A DNA stretch of 64,000 nucleotides from Octopus vulgaris (lineage: Eukaryota), in contig OX597824.1 in the NCBI GenBank assembly GCA_951406725.2, positions 63,922,001 through 63,986,000 of the forward strand. The letters run 5' to 3'. Position 1 is the stretch's first letter. Each line of letters starts with the position of its first letter. Under the pieces are notes generated by a model, which was given only the letters and a program-made list of their open reading frames with translations, was not told the origin of the DNA and made no database searches. This document shows, piece after piece, positions 11,446 through 24,769 of the stretch. A program made the position numbers and the translations under genes.

Positions 11446-11942
11446 TGCTGTTGCTGTTGCTACTACTGCTTTACGTGCTCCAGGTCAGCCCTGATCAAGC
11501 TGACTCTCGATAAAACATGTTCTAGTTTTGGACATTGCATTTTATTTTCACATGTAATGCGTCTAATCTAAAGTTACATTCATTGTTCTTCCATTTCTAA
11601 ATTGCTAAGGTGTGAGTTAAGAGAGCTTTGTGTTTTATTTCTAGAATCTAGAACGACTAGATATAGGTCCCAACTGGCTTGCAACGTAACGGTATAGAAA
11701 ATCTGACGACTACCACGAATCAAACGGATAACATATGAAGAACTCCAAACCTCTACACGGTCGGTTAACCTGCTAGAAATAGTAGCTGAATCTCTCTAGT
11801 GTCATTCAAAAAATACATTGAACAGTGTAGACTCTGACACATGATACATAATAAAAGACGGCCAAACAGATTCTGATCATAAGTCTAATGTAGACTGTAC
11901 AACAAAAATATGCAAAAATACTGGCAAAACTGAATATGTCGA

Positions 11943-12345
11943 AGGCGGCGAGCTGGCAGAAACGTTAGCACACAGGGCGAAATGCGTAACCGTATTTCGT
12001 CTGTCGTTACGTTTTGAGTTCAAGTTCCGCCGAGGTCGACTTTGCCTTTCATCCTTTCGGGGTCGATAAATTATGTACCAGTTACGCATTGGGGTCGATG
12101 TAATCGACTTAATCCGTTTGTCTGTCCTTGTTTGTCCTCTCTGTGTTTAGCCCCTTGTGGGTAGTAAAGAACTAGGTATTTCGTCCGTCATTACGTTCTG
12201 AATTCAAACTCCACCGAGATCGACTTTGCCTTTTATCCTTTCGGGGTCGATAAAATAAGTACCAGTTAAGCACTGGGGTCGATGTAACTGATTTACGCCC
12301 TTCCTCGAAATTGCTGGCCTAGTGCCAAAAATATGAAACAAATAT
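11943..12345 (+). mobile_element. SINE family B, two joined or nested units
   Basis: The core gactttgcctt.[c/t]atcctttcggggtcgataaa occurs twice (~12038 and ~12222). Confidence 0.85.
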
Positions 12346-13253
12346 TTTCTAATGTAATTAAAGTGAAAACAAATGCAATAGAAGCGTTACAAGAAGAGCA
12401 ATATTTTAAATTCAATTAAACAATTCGATATGTAAACTTTCTGTAAATATTTATTCAAACTGAAAGAAAGAAAGAAAGAGGATCCGTTTCGCCAAATTTT
12501 AACAGACACAAAAATTATATTAGTTATCGCAAAATACTATGGCTGTAATAAATTCAGAAACACCAGTGAGGATTCCTTAATAAAATATTATTAGCGACAG
12601 CTTTACTGTTATATTACAAAAATATATCTCTGGATCATACATCAATCACATAATAACATTCAAATCCAGTGTCACTGTTTTGTATTGCAGTATATTTAGA
12701 AATAATGCATTTCCAACTTGTCATTATGGCTCTTGTTCGCAACAGCTTTCGTAGCTGACATAAGAGGCCTAAACTCCCAGTTGAAATAGTTGTCTCTGCT
12801 TATTATTTATTGATTTCTATATATATTTTTTACTTCCATGTGACGTCAATACATTGTTGCACACTGATTGGGTGTATCTACTCAGAACCAGACGAGCTAC
12901 GTCAACTGATGACATGTTTCCTAGGATTATATAACAAGAAAAAGTAAAATACTTAAAAATGTGCATCCAACTTAACCTTTATAGAAGGAGGCAGAAGCAA
13001 TTTTCTAAGCTCAATTTCCCGTTACTTCTCAGTTTATATATATATAATACAGTATTTGGAAGTGCTTATAAAGCATATCGTACGCGGTACTCAGTAAAAA
13101 AGCGACGAGTTACTACACTGCCTAAGCCTGGAACTTGCCGCTGTTCACGTATGATTTGTTTCCAGGAAATTCAATAAATAATATGCATATGTGTGAGTGT
13201 GTATATGAATACATACATCTGGTTTCTTGTGTATGTGTATACATGTATGCGTA

Positions 13254-13306
<53 letters not shown>

Positions 13307-13495
13307 CAAAGTAAAGTTGGAAAGTACTGCACGAGTGGAAATATATATGAAAGAAGGTTTGAAAATGCAATTTTAAAGATGTTTCACTTTTTTAGAAAAA
13401 GATTATCAAAAGTAAAATGTAAGGCTTTGTATGAGGTTTGTTGTGGTAAGTTCTGGTTGTCACAAAAGTATTAAAATACATATATACATTCTTTG

Positions 13496-13496
<1 letters not shown>

Positions 13497-13569
<73 letters not shown>

Positions 13570-13686
13570 AAGAAGAAGAAGAAGAAGAAGAAGAAGAAGA
13601 AGAAGAAGAAGAAGAAGAAAAGAAGAAGAAGAAGAAGAAGAAGAAGAAGAAGAAGAAGAAGAAGAAGAAGAAGAAGAAGAAGAAGA
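13497..13686. repeat. (TAA)n(GAA)n compound microsatellite
   Basis: Direct reading. Confidence 0.97.
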
Positions 13687-13785
13687 AAATGTTAAAAACA
13701 GTTTACAAGAAAGTATTTAAGAAAGTATTCGGAACGAGATTACAAAAAGTATTATGAGTTCAATAAAAATCATGTTTGTTTGGTA

Positions 13786-13852
<67 letters not shown>

Positions 13853-13853
13853 C

Positions 13854-13925
<72 letters not shown>

Positions 13926-13964
13926 AGAGATATATTTAAGAATTTACAAAAAATTGCAGAGGAA

Positions 13965-14040
13965 TATACATGTGTCTTTCTATACATGTGTCTTTCTATA
14001 CATTTGTCTTTCTATACATGTGTCTTTCTATACATGTGTG
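13965..14040. repeat. 16-bp minisatellite (tatacatgtgtctttc), ~4.5 copies
   Basis: Direct reading. Confidence 0.9.
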
Positions 14041-14057
14041 AGAGCGTAAATATGCAT

Positions 14058-14108
<51 letters not shown>

Positions 14109-15128
14109 AATAATAATAGTGCTCAAGTAAATGAGAGGAGTATAACAAACTTTGGTTGTAGAACAAACAACAAATTTAAGGTCATCCAATTAACATATCA
14201 CATCTCGAACATTTAATCACGTATAAAGAAACATGACAAAGGAGTCATTACCGCAATGGACCCTCGTGCATTGACTACGTTGATGAACCCCTGAAATGGC
14301 CATACGGACTGTACATATATATTTTGGGGGGGCTTGGACACTGGCATTTCTTAAAAGGTTTCCTTTTATCTTAAAAAGTAACTTTTAATCGTAAAAAATT
14401 CTCAATCGATGAACTTTTATCTATACCATATGTATTTATGTTTCTTATATATGCGTATTTTTATATTTTTATGTTTTTATTTATTTATTATTTTAGGCTT
14501 TATAAAGTAAAATTTTTTTTTTTTAACGCTGAAGTATTAATTTTTTAATTTTTTATATTGCGAAAGACTGTACTCACTGTTTTCTATATGCTATATATAT
14601 CTTTTAAATTTGTTTATGGGAAACGTTTTGAATATGCAAATAAAGCTCCTATTACATTACGCCGGTCACAGTATAATTTTGCTGACCACTTTTTCGGGGT
14701 CGCATCAAGTTGTACCGATATAATGTAGGATAAATATAATAATAATAACAATAATACTTGGATGGAATTTATAAACATTTAATGCATCGCTACACGCACA
14801 TTTCCACAAATCACATGACTCTTAAGTTTACAATCCGTATTCTTGGGATGATTACAGTGCAGTCTGTAGTATCCATGGGTATCAGGTTGATCATCTTCAT
14901 GGGATCATTTCTTCAGGCGATATAACATTAATAGAAGTACAACAGAGGCATATTTATCCCTTTTTACCAGTATGAATGTTACATACATACATGCATGCAT
15001 AATACATACATATATAATACATACATGCTTGCATGCATGCATACATACATACATACAAACATACATACATACATACATACATACATACATACATACATAC
15101 ATACATACATACATACATACATACATAC

Positions 15129-15470
15129 AAATATTTATTCACGTGCACATGACTAATCCCAGTCTGTAAGCAACGAATGCATTTGCGCAAACAACTATTT
15201 TACATCATTGATTGCAAACGAAATCACAGGTATTACATTAGAGTTTTCTTTCTTTTTGAGCGATGTCTAAACTAAAACCAGTGGTCTTTTTTCTCTCTCA
15301 GTTGTATGGTCTTTGACCCAACTGAATTCATCCATCTTTTGACAGGTTTTGCTTTTCGTTCTGCAGGGTGTCCAACGAAAACCACTTTCCTAACTTATTA
15401 GGCTTGGTATGGTTGCCGATGACCCGACCATGCGACAGGTTGCACTGGATTACTGGTAACACTAAGTTTA
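15129..15470 (-). mobile_element. Diverged copy of the RTE-derived non-autonomous element, with (TATG)n tail
   Basis: Reverse complement ccagtgcaacctgtcgcatggtcgggtcatcggcaacc..ttggacaccctgcag..aaaacctgtcaaa matches 2149-2268. Tail is the (cata)n tract at 14981-15128. Confidence 0.7.
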
Positions 15471-15479
15471 GACTCCCCA

Positions 15480-17050
15480 AAACACATTTGATAGATTTGC
15501 AGCTTTTCAAATCCAAGAAAAATGTTATGAACAACACCAAAACTTATTCCAAGTTTCTGCTGACTTGACGAAGGACTTTAACAAGATCAACAGAAAAGCA
15601 TTATAAAGGATCATGATCACGTTGGGCTGCACGGATCACTTTGCTGATACCATAAAGTCTTTTCATGATGACATGAACGCCTGACTAAATGTTAGTGCTA
15701 TCCTCACTGAACTAATTAAGGCAAAATATGGTGTTAAACCGGATGACCTCATGGAAAATACTCTTATGTCTATCTTCACTATCGAGCTAACTGATGCATT
15801 CAGGGACTGCCACGAAGGCACCTTCTTTTGATACCGAATCTCTAAAAAAGGATTCAATATACAGCAGGTCCTTCAGAATCTCATACACGACGTTTTATAC
15901 ACTGATGACTGTGATCTTGCATCACACTCATTCCCATGTATGCAACATTTATGAATAGGCTCTCGCAATCTTGTAAAGCTGTCAGGTTAACCTCAACAAA
16001 ACTGTGGTAATGTTGGACTTTCTCTCAGATCACAGTTCGTTGAACCATCAATATGTGTCGATTGTAACAACCTACACATTGTTGATAAATTTTCAAATCT
16101 AGGACTATTGATCATAAGTCCTAGATGGACACTCAGTGGATGATGAAATGATTTCACACATCAGAAAGGCAACTGATATTTTTGCCAGCGTCAAAGTACA
16201 TGTTTCGGATCAGAAAGAAATTTACAAAAAACACTAAAATTACCTGTACAATGCAAGCGTCCTTACGATATTGATTTATTCTTATGGAACTTTGGTTGTC
16301 TACTGCATGTACATCAAAATCTTAGAGCAACTTCAAAAACGATATCTTCGTAATATTATAGGTGTTCCATGGAGTACGCTTGACTTTGAAATATTCAAGA
16401 ATGCTGGCACTCAGCATTGAAGCTCACATACCTAAATATATATCCTGCTGGAAAAGGTGTCTAATTTACGTGATGACAGCAAACACCCAATCCTTTATGG
16501 TGAGCTGGCTACTTTCACGAAACCACAGCATACAAGACTTAAGAAATGTGTGAAAGATTCTGTAACTCAAGTCAAGATTGAAACAACTGACAAGGAGGTA
16601 TTAGTGCTAGATAGAAGTGATACCGCTAAAAAATTACCGATGACGTTGTGACACAAAAATAACCAATGAGTTTCAGGAATATTCATAAGAATGAGCTAAT
16701 GTAAAGTGAGCAGCTAGGAAAATGGAATCTGTTGGCCCAACAGTGCAATAGTTTGACTGTGATGAGTGCGATTGAACGTGCCTTTCAAAAGCTGGTCTAA
16801 AGGGTCACCTACGCAAACAAGCTGAAAGCTTCAGGTTGAATACAACCAATTTCTTGCAACTAATCTGATATACGATCTATGTTGTAGGCAGTCTTCCAGG
16901 TGATCTGGACTCACAAGGTACATGAAAGTACACAATCAAGGTGCTATTCAGAATGAGTACCCAATCGCAACACATGAATATCAATGACGTATCAACAACC
17001 AAAAATGCGACTTAATGGCTTTAAAATGTGGCTGAATCATTTGCACGCTG
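15480..17050 (+). mobile_element. Decayed RTE-clade LINE, 3' part (RT and C-terminal C2H2-like fingers)
   Basis: Manual translation: GCTDHFADTIKSFHDDM, YGVKP, DVLYTDDCDL, VDKFSNLG, PILYGELAT, FDCDECD*TCLSKAGLKGHLRK. Confidence 0.75.
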
Positions 17051-18399
17051 AACTAAAAGAAACAAAACTCCCACTTTTACCAACGCCATTTATACAGCGC
17101 CCGGAGCCCCAACAACGAGCAAACAGACTAGCAGCAATGGTAACAGTAGATGTACAGAGACTGCAACAACAACTGCAACAGAGGCCCCAAAATACAACAG
17201 CGACAACAGCAACACTATTAGTGACAAGAATACCAGCGACACCAAAATTCCCAACACTAACAACAGGAACAACATCAGCACAGGACATACCCAGCTCCAC
17301 ATTCTGGATTTCTTATATCTGTTGTGCGGTGAAAGTGACCCGAAAGAAGAATGGAATCTTTCTTTTCATTCAGCAATATGCTGAATGAAAAGAAAGGACA
17401 AGAAAGCAATAAATAAAGTCATTCACATAAAACACTTGCAGGAGAAAACTAAATGAAACAAGTCGTGCAGCTACCAGCACCAACTCCACTATGGCCACAT
17501 CCACCGTCACCAGAAGCACTACTATCACCACCAACACGACAAACATCACAACAAACATAAATAGAGCCAAATTCACACTCACACCAACAGCCAGAACTGC
17601 ATCTACAAACCAAACAAAAGAAAAATATCATCAATTACATAGCTGTAGTCACAAACAATAAAGAATTAATAGAATATATACGTCAACATACAAACATTAC
17701 GCACAATGACTGCATGACCCCCGACGTATATAATGTCAACTTACATTCAAATTCGGATAAGAGATCAATACAAATACACGGGAGACAGAACATCCTGACG
17801 GAATGGCGAATTTTCAGACGTTTTACTGTGCACGTTATTTATGAGTAATAATGATATAACGCCGGGATTGGAGACGAAATAATGAAAATTAAGATTACGT
17901 TAAAAGTTTGTTGCAATTTTGAAAGATGTTGAAAGATTCGGAAATTGGCAAACTTTTTCGTAGAATGTGATCTATATTCACGAGAACAATCTTTTGTGAT
18001 TCTGATATTTTTTTTTGGGGGGGGGGGGTTTATTAGTGTTTAAGAGTACTTTCTGGTATTATCCCCAAAGAACTCCGATAATCACATAGATGCCACATTT
18101 TTGTGCTATCTATTTCAAGGTCCTGGTATTTACTTGATTTTTCAAAGATATTCACGGAGGCGTTGCAGTCTGTTGGGATAATATTTTTCTAGTTGTTGTT
18201 ACAGCTGCTGTTGCTGTTGCTGTAGCTGTTTTAATTAGAGCGTTCCCTGATTATCGCAAGTTTTTGGGTCCCAGTAAGGTGCACACTTTTTCTGTTTTTC
18301 TTCACCCACCCCACTTTAATAGGACCATAGGGTGAGCTAGTAAAGTGAATAGAAGTACATAGAAAAGGCCATCGGCGTGCTAGTGGCAAAAGTGATCCA

Positions 18400-19130
18400 C
18401 TATAATTTTCTCACCGCGATGCACGAACCGTACATTTTTCGTACTAGAGTGTGGGTACTACAGCTGCAAATTTGTTCGATGGTCTTCCGATGTAACAATG
18501 CAGTCGCAATTCGACCTTTGACAGAAGGCAGCGGGCGCGCACTGCATGATTCCAAACAGATGCGTACGATTTTCTTTTGAATATTCTGCGAGGCGCTTGA
18601 ACTGAAGCCGGATATTTCGACAACTAACTACCGTAGTTCTCGGATAGGAATCAAGGATGCTGCGAAACGTTGAATTTAGCAAATGTGTTGAGCTGCTGTA
18701 CGTAAAACAAATGACCCGGACTGGATGGTCTACCCCATGAGCTAGCTATATTATCACATACCAAATGTGTTAGATACTGTTTTTATAACCATCAGTCCGA
18801 GAGTCTGGGCAGCGGAGACAGTATCCGAACAAGGCGGGCGCAATTGATAACTTCCTTCCCGTAACTTTACTACACGCAAATTTGCGTTAAATCATGAAAC
18901 GGACTGGGAATGGATTTGGCTTCGGAGACATATTAATTGATTTCAATCTGTCAAAAGTTTGCGTTGATATCGACATATAGCTACTAGGAGGCTGGTCTTA
19001 GAGTAACTTATTCTGGTTCCGCCCTCAAAGCCTGTATTACTAGTGTACAACGGCATCCTTCCCACCAGTCTCGGATGCCTATTAGGGTTATGGGTACAGC
19101 AGGGTTATGGGTACTGCCCTTCCTTCTTAT
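18400..19130 (+). mobile_element. Very decayed L1/Tx1-like LINE RT fragment
   Basis: PGLDGLPHEL (~18715), DNFLPVTLLHANL (cf. N.RPITLLN.D.K), LIDFNLSKV (cf. L.LDQSKAFD). Confidence 0.45.
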
Positions 19131-19684
19131 ATAAAAGATTTTAAAACGGACTAAATTTGGTTGCCTCTTACAGTTGAACTCCATTGTTATTTTATAATGT
19201 TATCATAGAATAACTTGCTACAGACACTGTATATTTTCAAATGTCCAGTACTTCATTTTGCCTTCTCTTCCATCTACATCTCCTCATTCTCCTCTGTCAA
19301 TTGCAACTATTGTTTTCCGATTGTTCCTTTCAACTTCTTTAAATATTTATTCACCAACAAACACAATAAACCTTTAAATTCTGTTTACTAATCTTTTCTT
19401 TCACTAAACAATAAGATAGTAGAGTTTAAATTTTTATTATATTTTTCAGACTTGTTTCGATAAATGCCATTGTTATTTGAATTATAAATCTATCGTCTGC
19501 TGCTTGAATCGTTAAAGACGGCGACGTTCAAAACGCCATTTTAACTTCGTCCTCTTTGTGTGTTTTTTTTCTTTTGAAGTTAGTAACATCGATGTCTCCT
19601 AGCCTTTTCTCTCTAACCTTATCTGTCTTTCCATGTCTCCCTTTGTCGCTCTCTTTCTATCTCTTTCCTTATTATCATCTTCTC

Positions 19685-19742
<58 letters not shown>

Positions 19743-21769
19743 CATTATTTCTTTTTCTTTTCCGATGGCATAGTGTACATTGTACATTGCTATGAACTGC
19801 AGAAGATCCGGTACCAACCATCAAAGCCAATACTTTGAATAATTGAAAAGGCTAAGAAATAAAGCCATTCATGATATACAGTTAAGAGAACAATAGTTAA
19901 TCCATAGAAAACATTTCGAACGCAACTGTTGGGTTACGTATGTCTTAAAATGCTGGAAGTAGTCGTCGAATGAATTGACTGAATACTTTTGAAAACCCAG
20001 CATTGAATTGCCCAGGGGAAACATTTTACTAGATTCAACCTTGTTTATTCTATTGGTAGTGGTTCGTTAAACATCGATTGGCAATGTACTGGTTCATTAA
20101 TTGTCAGCCAAACTTCTTTCTGCAACTGTTTAAATGAATAACGAAGTGTATATTCAAATGTTGGATGGCACAAACTAAATATTTTGTGTCGGCGAAACTT
20201 TTCAAGGAGACTTTTGTTTTATGAAATCGCAGACCTCGCTCAGAATGTGATCGGCGCATTTTCAAACACTCTTTTCTGTCTTTATCTGGTCTACACATAG
20301 TTTTGCTTATCGAATGTTGTTTTATTGCGTATGTTTATTTACTTCTAACCTAACCAGTTTTTGCACAAATCTGCAAATACTTTGGTTACCGATTTCCAGA
20401 GCAGAACAAATATTTTTCGGCTTAGCTCAGAATGTCCGGGGGATATCCATCGCTCAGGAAACCAAATGATATCGAAACACCGTGCCTCTACGATCCACCA
20501 ATGAAATTCTGAGTGAGCCCCGATTTTTTGTTTAATATATGCGCAAGTCTCTTCGAGACAAGGTCTCTCTGAGACAAAGTGTTTAGCTCGTACAGTTGCA
20601 CATATTATACACGTTATTTTAATCAAGATGTGTTCCAAGTGCGTATATTTACTAATGTTAAATTACAAAATTATTTCCCAAACTTCCTAGTCTAAATATT
20701 TACAAAAAACACTTCCTAAAAATAACAAAAGCAGTTTCATATTAAACTACAAGCAAACTATCTCAGACGTTAGAATTGTAACCCAATACACCAGATCTAA
20801 ATCATTTACAAAATATACTACTCATCAAAATACTCGCTCTCTAGTAGACACTTCTCGTATTGTATCCTTCCTCTGTAATTTCTAACATTGTGACTATGTT
20901 ACAAATGATTGCTGCTGCAGCTGTTACTGCTGGTGTTGTTGTTGTTATTGTTTAGCTGACCTATGGTTAAAGATATTCCAGTCGTAGCTATCCCACTCCC
21001 CATCCAAGAACACAGGTACACATAATTCACTCTGTCATTTCCTCAGACGGTAGGTCGAGATTTGAGAGGGATTTGGCTGCTGCTTCTAGTCACGAGGATG
21101 CTCCTCCGTTGACTCATGATGAAACCAGTAGGTAGTGAGGGCAGCGGTAGTATTGTGGCTCTTGTGGTAGCTAGTCTAGCGGCAGGGGTTGATAGCTGAT
21201 GGAGCTTTTGGTGGTGGTGGTCGTGGTGGTCGTGGTAGCCGTGGCGATTACGCAATCTGCATTACTTTTGATATCGGTAATTGATGGTGGCGGCAATAGT
21301 GATGATACTGTCTGTATATTACCCTTGATATAAGTATTTGATGCCGTCGAGGTGTTGGTTGGAAGCTGAGGAGGTGATACAGAATGATGACGGTTTTAGT
21401 GGCGCTGCTTATTGTGAACGTAGTCGCGTTAGTGCTGATGGTCATTTAGGTAATGTTTGCAGCGATGTTGCGAGTGTTAGAGGTGGTCTTAATAGCTGTA
21501 TTGTTGCGATAGCTTTGATATTTGAGTGATGAGGATGGTGAAAGTATCGGTGATGGAGTCGTTGAAGGTGATGATAGCGATTGTGATGGTGGTGGTGGTG
21601 AAGGCGGTAGACGTAACTGGTTGTGGTGAGGGTTGACTATATCTAGAAATCTTTGAAAGGTTTGTTTAAATATCAAATATGCTATTATCGTTTCAACTAC
21701 GATGATGACTGCATTATTGAAGTTTTCTGTAGTCTGTTTAAATATAATTTGGAGTGGGGGGAGAGAAAT

Positions 21770-22161
21770 TGAGTGTGTGTGTGTGCATGAGTTTGTGTAT
21801 GTGTGTGTGTTTGTGTGCGTGTGTGTGTGTGTGTGTATGTATGTTGTGTGTGTGTGTGTGTGTGTGTGTATGTTTGTGTGTGTGTGTGTGACTGTTATGT
21901 GTGTTAATTACCATCCTGGTTTTGACACCTTTGTCAAACTTATTGTACATGAATGTGCAACACACAAACACCACACACACAGACACACACACACACACAC
22001 AGATGTACGTATATATGTATGAATTTATACTTGCGTGCATGTATGGATATTGTGTGTCTAAGTACACACACACACGCACTCGCACACACACACACACACA
22101 CACACATGCATATGTATATATATGAATATATGAATGTATATATTTTTGCATAATATATATA

Positions 22162-22226
<65 letters not shown>

Positions 22227-22530
22227 ATACATATATGTCTATATAATATATATATATAGTATATGTAATATATATACAAACATACATACATGCATACATA
22301 CATACATACACACACCAAACATTGTGTGTGCATATAATGTATACTAAAAGTGTTTGATGTGTGTACGAGAATAATTGGGAATAATTAGATGTAATTGTAT
22401 TGGACTCATATTTTGCTTGATTGATTTGTATTTGTATTGAGTGCCAGAAATGATGGAAACATAAATATATACTCTTGCACTGTATATACGTACACACATA
22501 CAGACACACACACACATATATATATATGTA

Positions 22531-22610
<80 letters not shown>

Positions 22611-22765
22611 TGTATGTATGTATGTGTATTTACTCGAATGCGGCATCTTAACTGGGTCTAATTTAAATTGTACGTGCGCATCTACGAACAGCATACAGAA
22701 GAGAACGTGCACGCACGCAGACACACACATTCGTACACACACATACACACACATATATATGTATG

Positions 22766-22804
<39 letters not shown>

Positions 22805-22996
22805 AACATACATATAAACACATAACATACATACCCTACATACACACATATGCACGCACGCACATGTGCATACATACACATATATAGATATATACACACA
22901 TACATGTATATAAACTTATAAACTTACACAAAATCATACAACGAAATTTATATTTGTACATATAATTATCAGTACCTTGCTATGACATTAAAATGT

Positions 22997-23090
<94 letters not shown>
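21770..23090. repeat. Large compound microsatellite block (TG, CA, TA, TATG)
   Basis: Direct reading; source of many spurious ORFs. Confidence 0.95.
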
Positions 23091-23094
<4 letters not shown>

Positions 23095-23454
23095 ATAGAA
23101 TGTATGCAGCCGAATGGCTTTAAGTCTTTATTCGGCTTCATCGGCAGACATTTATACGTTGTGACCAGTCAGTGATTAATGCAAACGTCACTAATTCCTT
23201 GGGGAAAAGAACAATAAATTTAGGAAACATAATTTATTGCTTTTCTTACGCCTGTATCCACCAGAACATTTGTAAATTATCTTTAGCTTTGTTTTGCTCT
23301 TATAGGTTCACAGACATCAACAGAGGGATTTGGTGTCGTAAATGGACCAAATAGCTCAGGACAACAACCTCTCATACTGCCATAAAAACATTGTATTTCC
23401 AAAAAGCCTTAACGCCCGCATTAATATTTAAAAAAATAATTCGGTCATAAATGA

Positions 23455-23712
23455 CCATGGAATTGCACCCAGAAAATTCCTCTCCGAGGCACAAGTCTGG
23501 TCAAATTTGTTTGTGGAAGACCAGCAGTCACCTGTGCACACAAGGGAAAGGCAAAGGCCGATACAGCTTGACGCAAGTAACGTCGCAACTCATTTCTACA
23601 GCGAAGTGAACTGGAGCAACGTGAAATAAAATGTCTTGCTCAAGAACACAACACACAGCGCTGTCCTGGAATTGAACTCATCCCCTCAAGGTTGTGACCC
23701 CGACACTCAAAC
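23455..23712 (-). mobile_element. SINE family C (tRNA-like head, ttgagcaagaca.tttatttcacgttgctccag core)
   Basis: Reverse-complement match to 35545-35850. Confidence 0.8.
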
Positions 23713-24464
23713 CATTAAGACATGCACCTTCAATGCCCGCATTAATATAGCTCGTCGAATCAGCATTGGCTGACCTCTTATGATCGATGCAGAGAACTTC
23801 AGAGGAAGTTTGCAAATTTTCCCACCAAATATTTGATCGAAGGTTCTGGAAACTTTTACGAGCGGTTATAAAAACTTAGTAACTTCAACCTCAAGCTACT
23901 CAGAACTATGTTACTGTGCTCAGTATATTGGCCTCGCGCTCTCTTTTACTTAACTCACTTGCGTTGTGTTCATTAAAATGTTTCGGGCTTAAGTTGTAAT
24001 GTCGATTCGCGCACTGCACATTCGGTTTTAATACTTATTTACTACTTTTACAATATTATTTAGCGTGTTGTATTACAGAAGATTCTTAACAATTCTATTC
24101 GTTATCTCATGAATGCTATTCCATATACGCATGGAAATATAGAAGTTCCCGATTAATGAAAATAATAAAATACATATCAAAACTCCAATAACGATTCATG
24201 TGGTTATGCGTGTCTTCATATGCAGCCTACGTGATACTGTGTTCTACCAACAATGAATTAGTGATATAGAACCTACATTAAAAGAAAAAGGCTTTGTTGT
24301 ATTAAAGTCCGCCTCTTTACATTTTAAGTTAAACTCAGCTAACGTCGAGTTAATCTTCCACCATGCTTAGATCGGGGAAATAAGTATCACTGTTATTGCA
24401 GTTGGTAGAATCAACTATACACCCCCACCTCGCACTAAATTTTAGGAATTAAGATTATATTAGA

Positions 24465-24682
24465 TTAGTTGAATTCTTAGGGCATCAAAGAAAATGCCTT
24501 ACCTTATTCGTTCTAGCTTTTTTATATCCTGAGTTCAAATCCCGCTGAAGTCAACTTTGATCTTCATCCAATCCGCGTCGATAAAATAAAAGATCAGCCA
24601 AGTACCGGGATTGAGGAAATATACTAACCCTAACACTAACCCTACACATAAGATTGCTGGCCTTGTGCCAAAATTTGAAATA
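24465..24682 (+). mobile_element. SINE family B with (ATT)n tail
   Basis: gagttcaaatcccgctgaagtcaactt..gtcgataaaataa..ttgctggccttgtgccaaaatttgaaa followed by (att)n. Confidence 0.8.
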
Positions 24683-24713
24683 AGTATTATTATTATTATC
24701 ATTATTGTTGTTG

Positions 24714-24766
<53 letters not shown>

Positions 24767-24769
<3 letters not shown>

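Noticed and set aside
14200-14310. IKKHDKGVITAMD, resembling the PLE RT motif IK.ADKG...V.MD, next to ttgatga..gaaat
   Set aside because: A single short motif without supporting neighbours; too weak to call.
15330-15470. Minus-strand translation resembling an RTE C-terminus (W.GH...KRWM)
   Set aside because: The same DNA aligns at nucleotide level to the non-coding element at 2149-2268, so the protein likeness is probably chance.
16984-17700. Thr/Gln-rich mucin-like ORF
   Set aside because: Degenerate (ACA/CAA/CAC)n low-complexity sequence with no splice or domain evidence.
19900-20640. Possible very old mariner traces (e.g. ETPCLYDPPMK) and ORF 20345-20638
   Set aside because: No TIRs or complete catalytic motifs could be found by eye.
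21043-21676. His/Ser/Pro-rich ORFs
   Set aside because: Decayed (GGT/GAT)n repeats.
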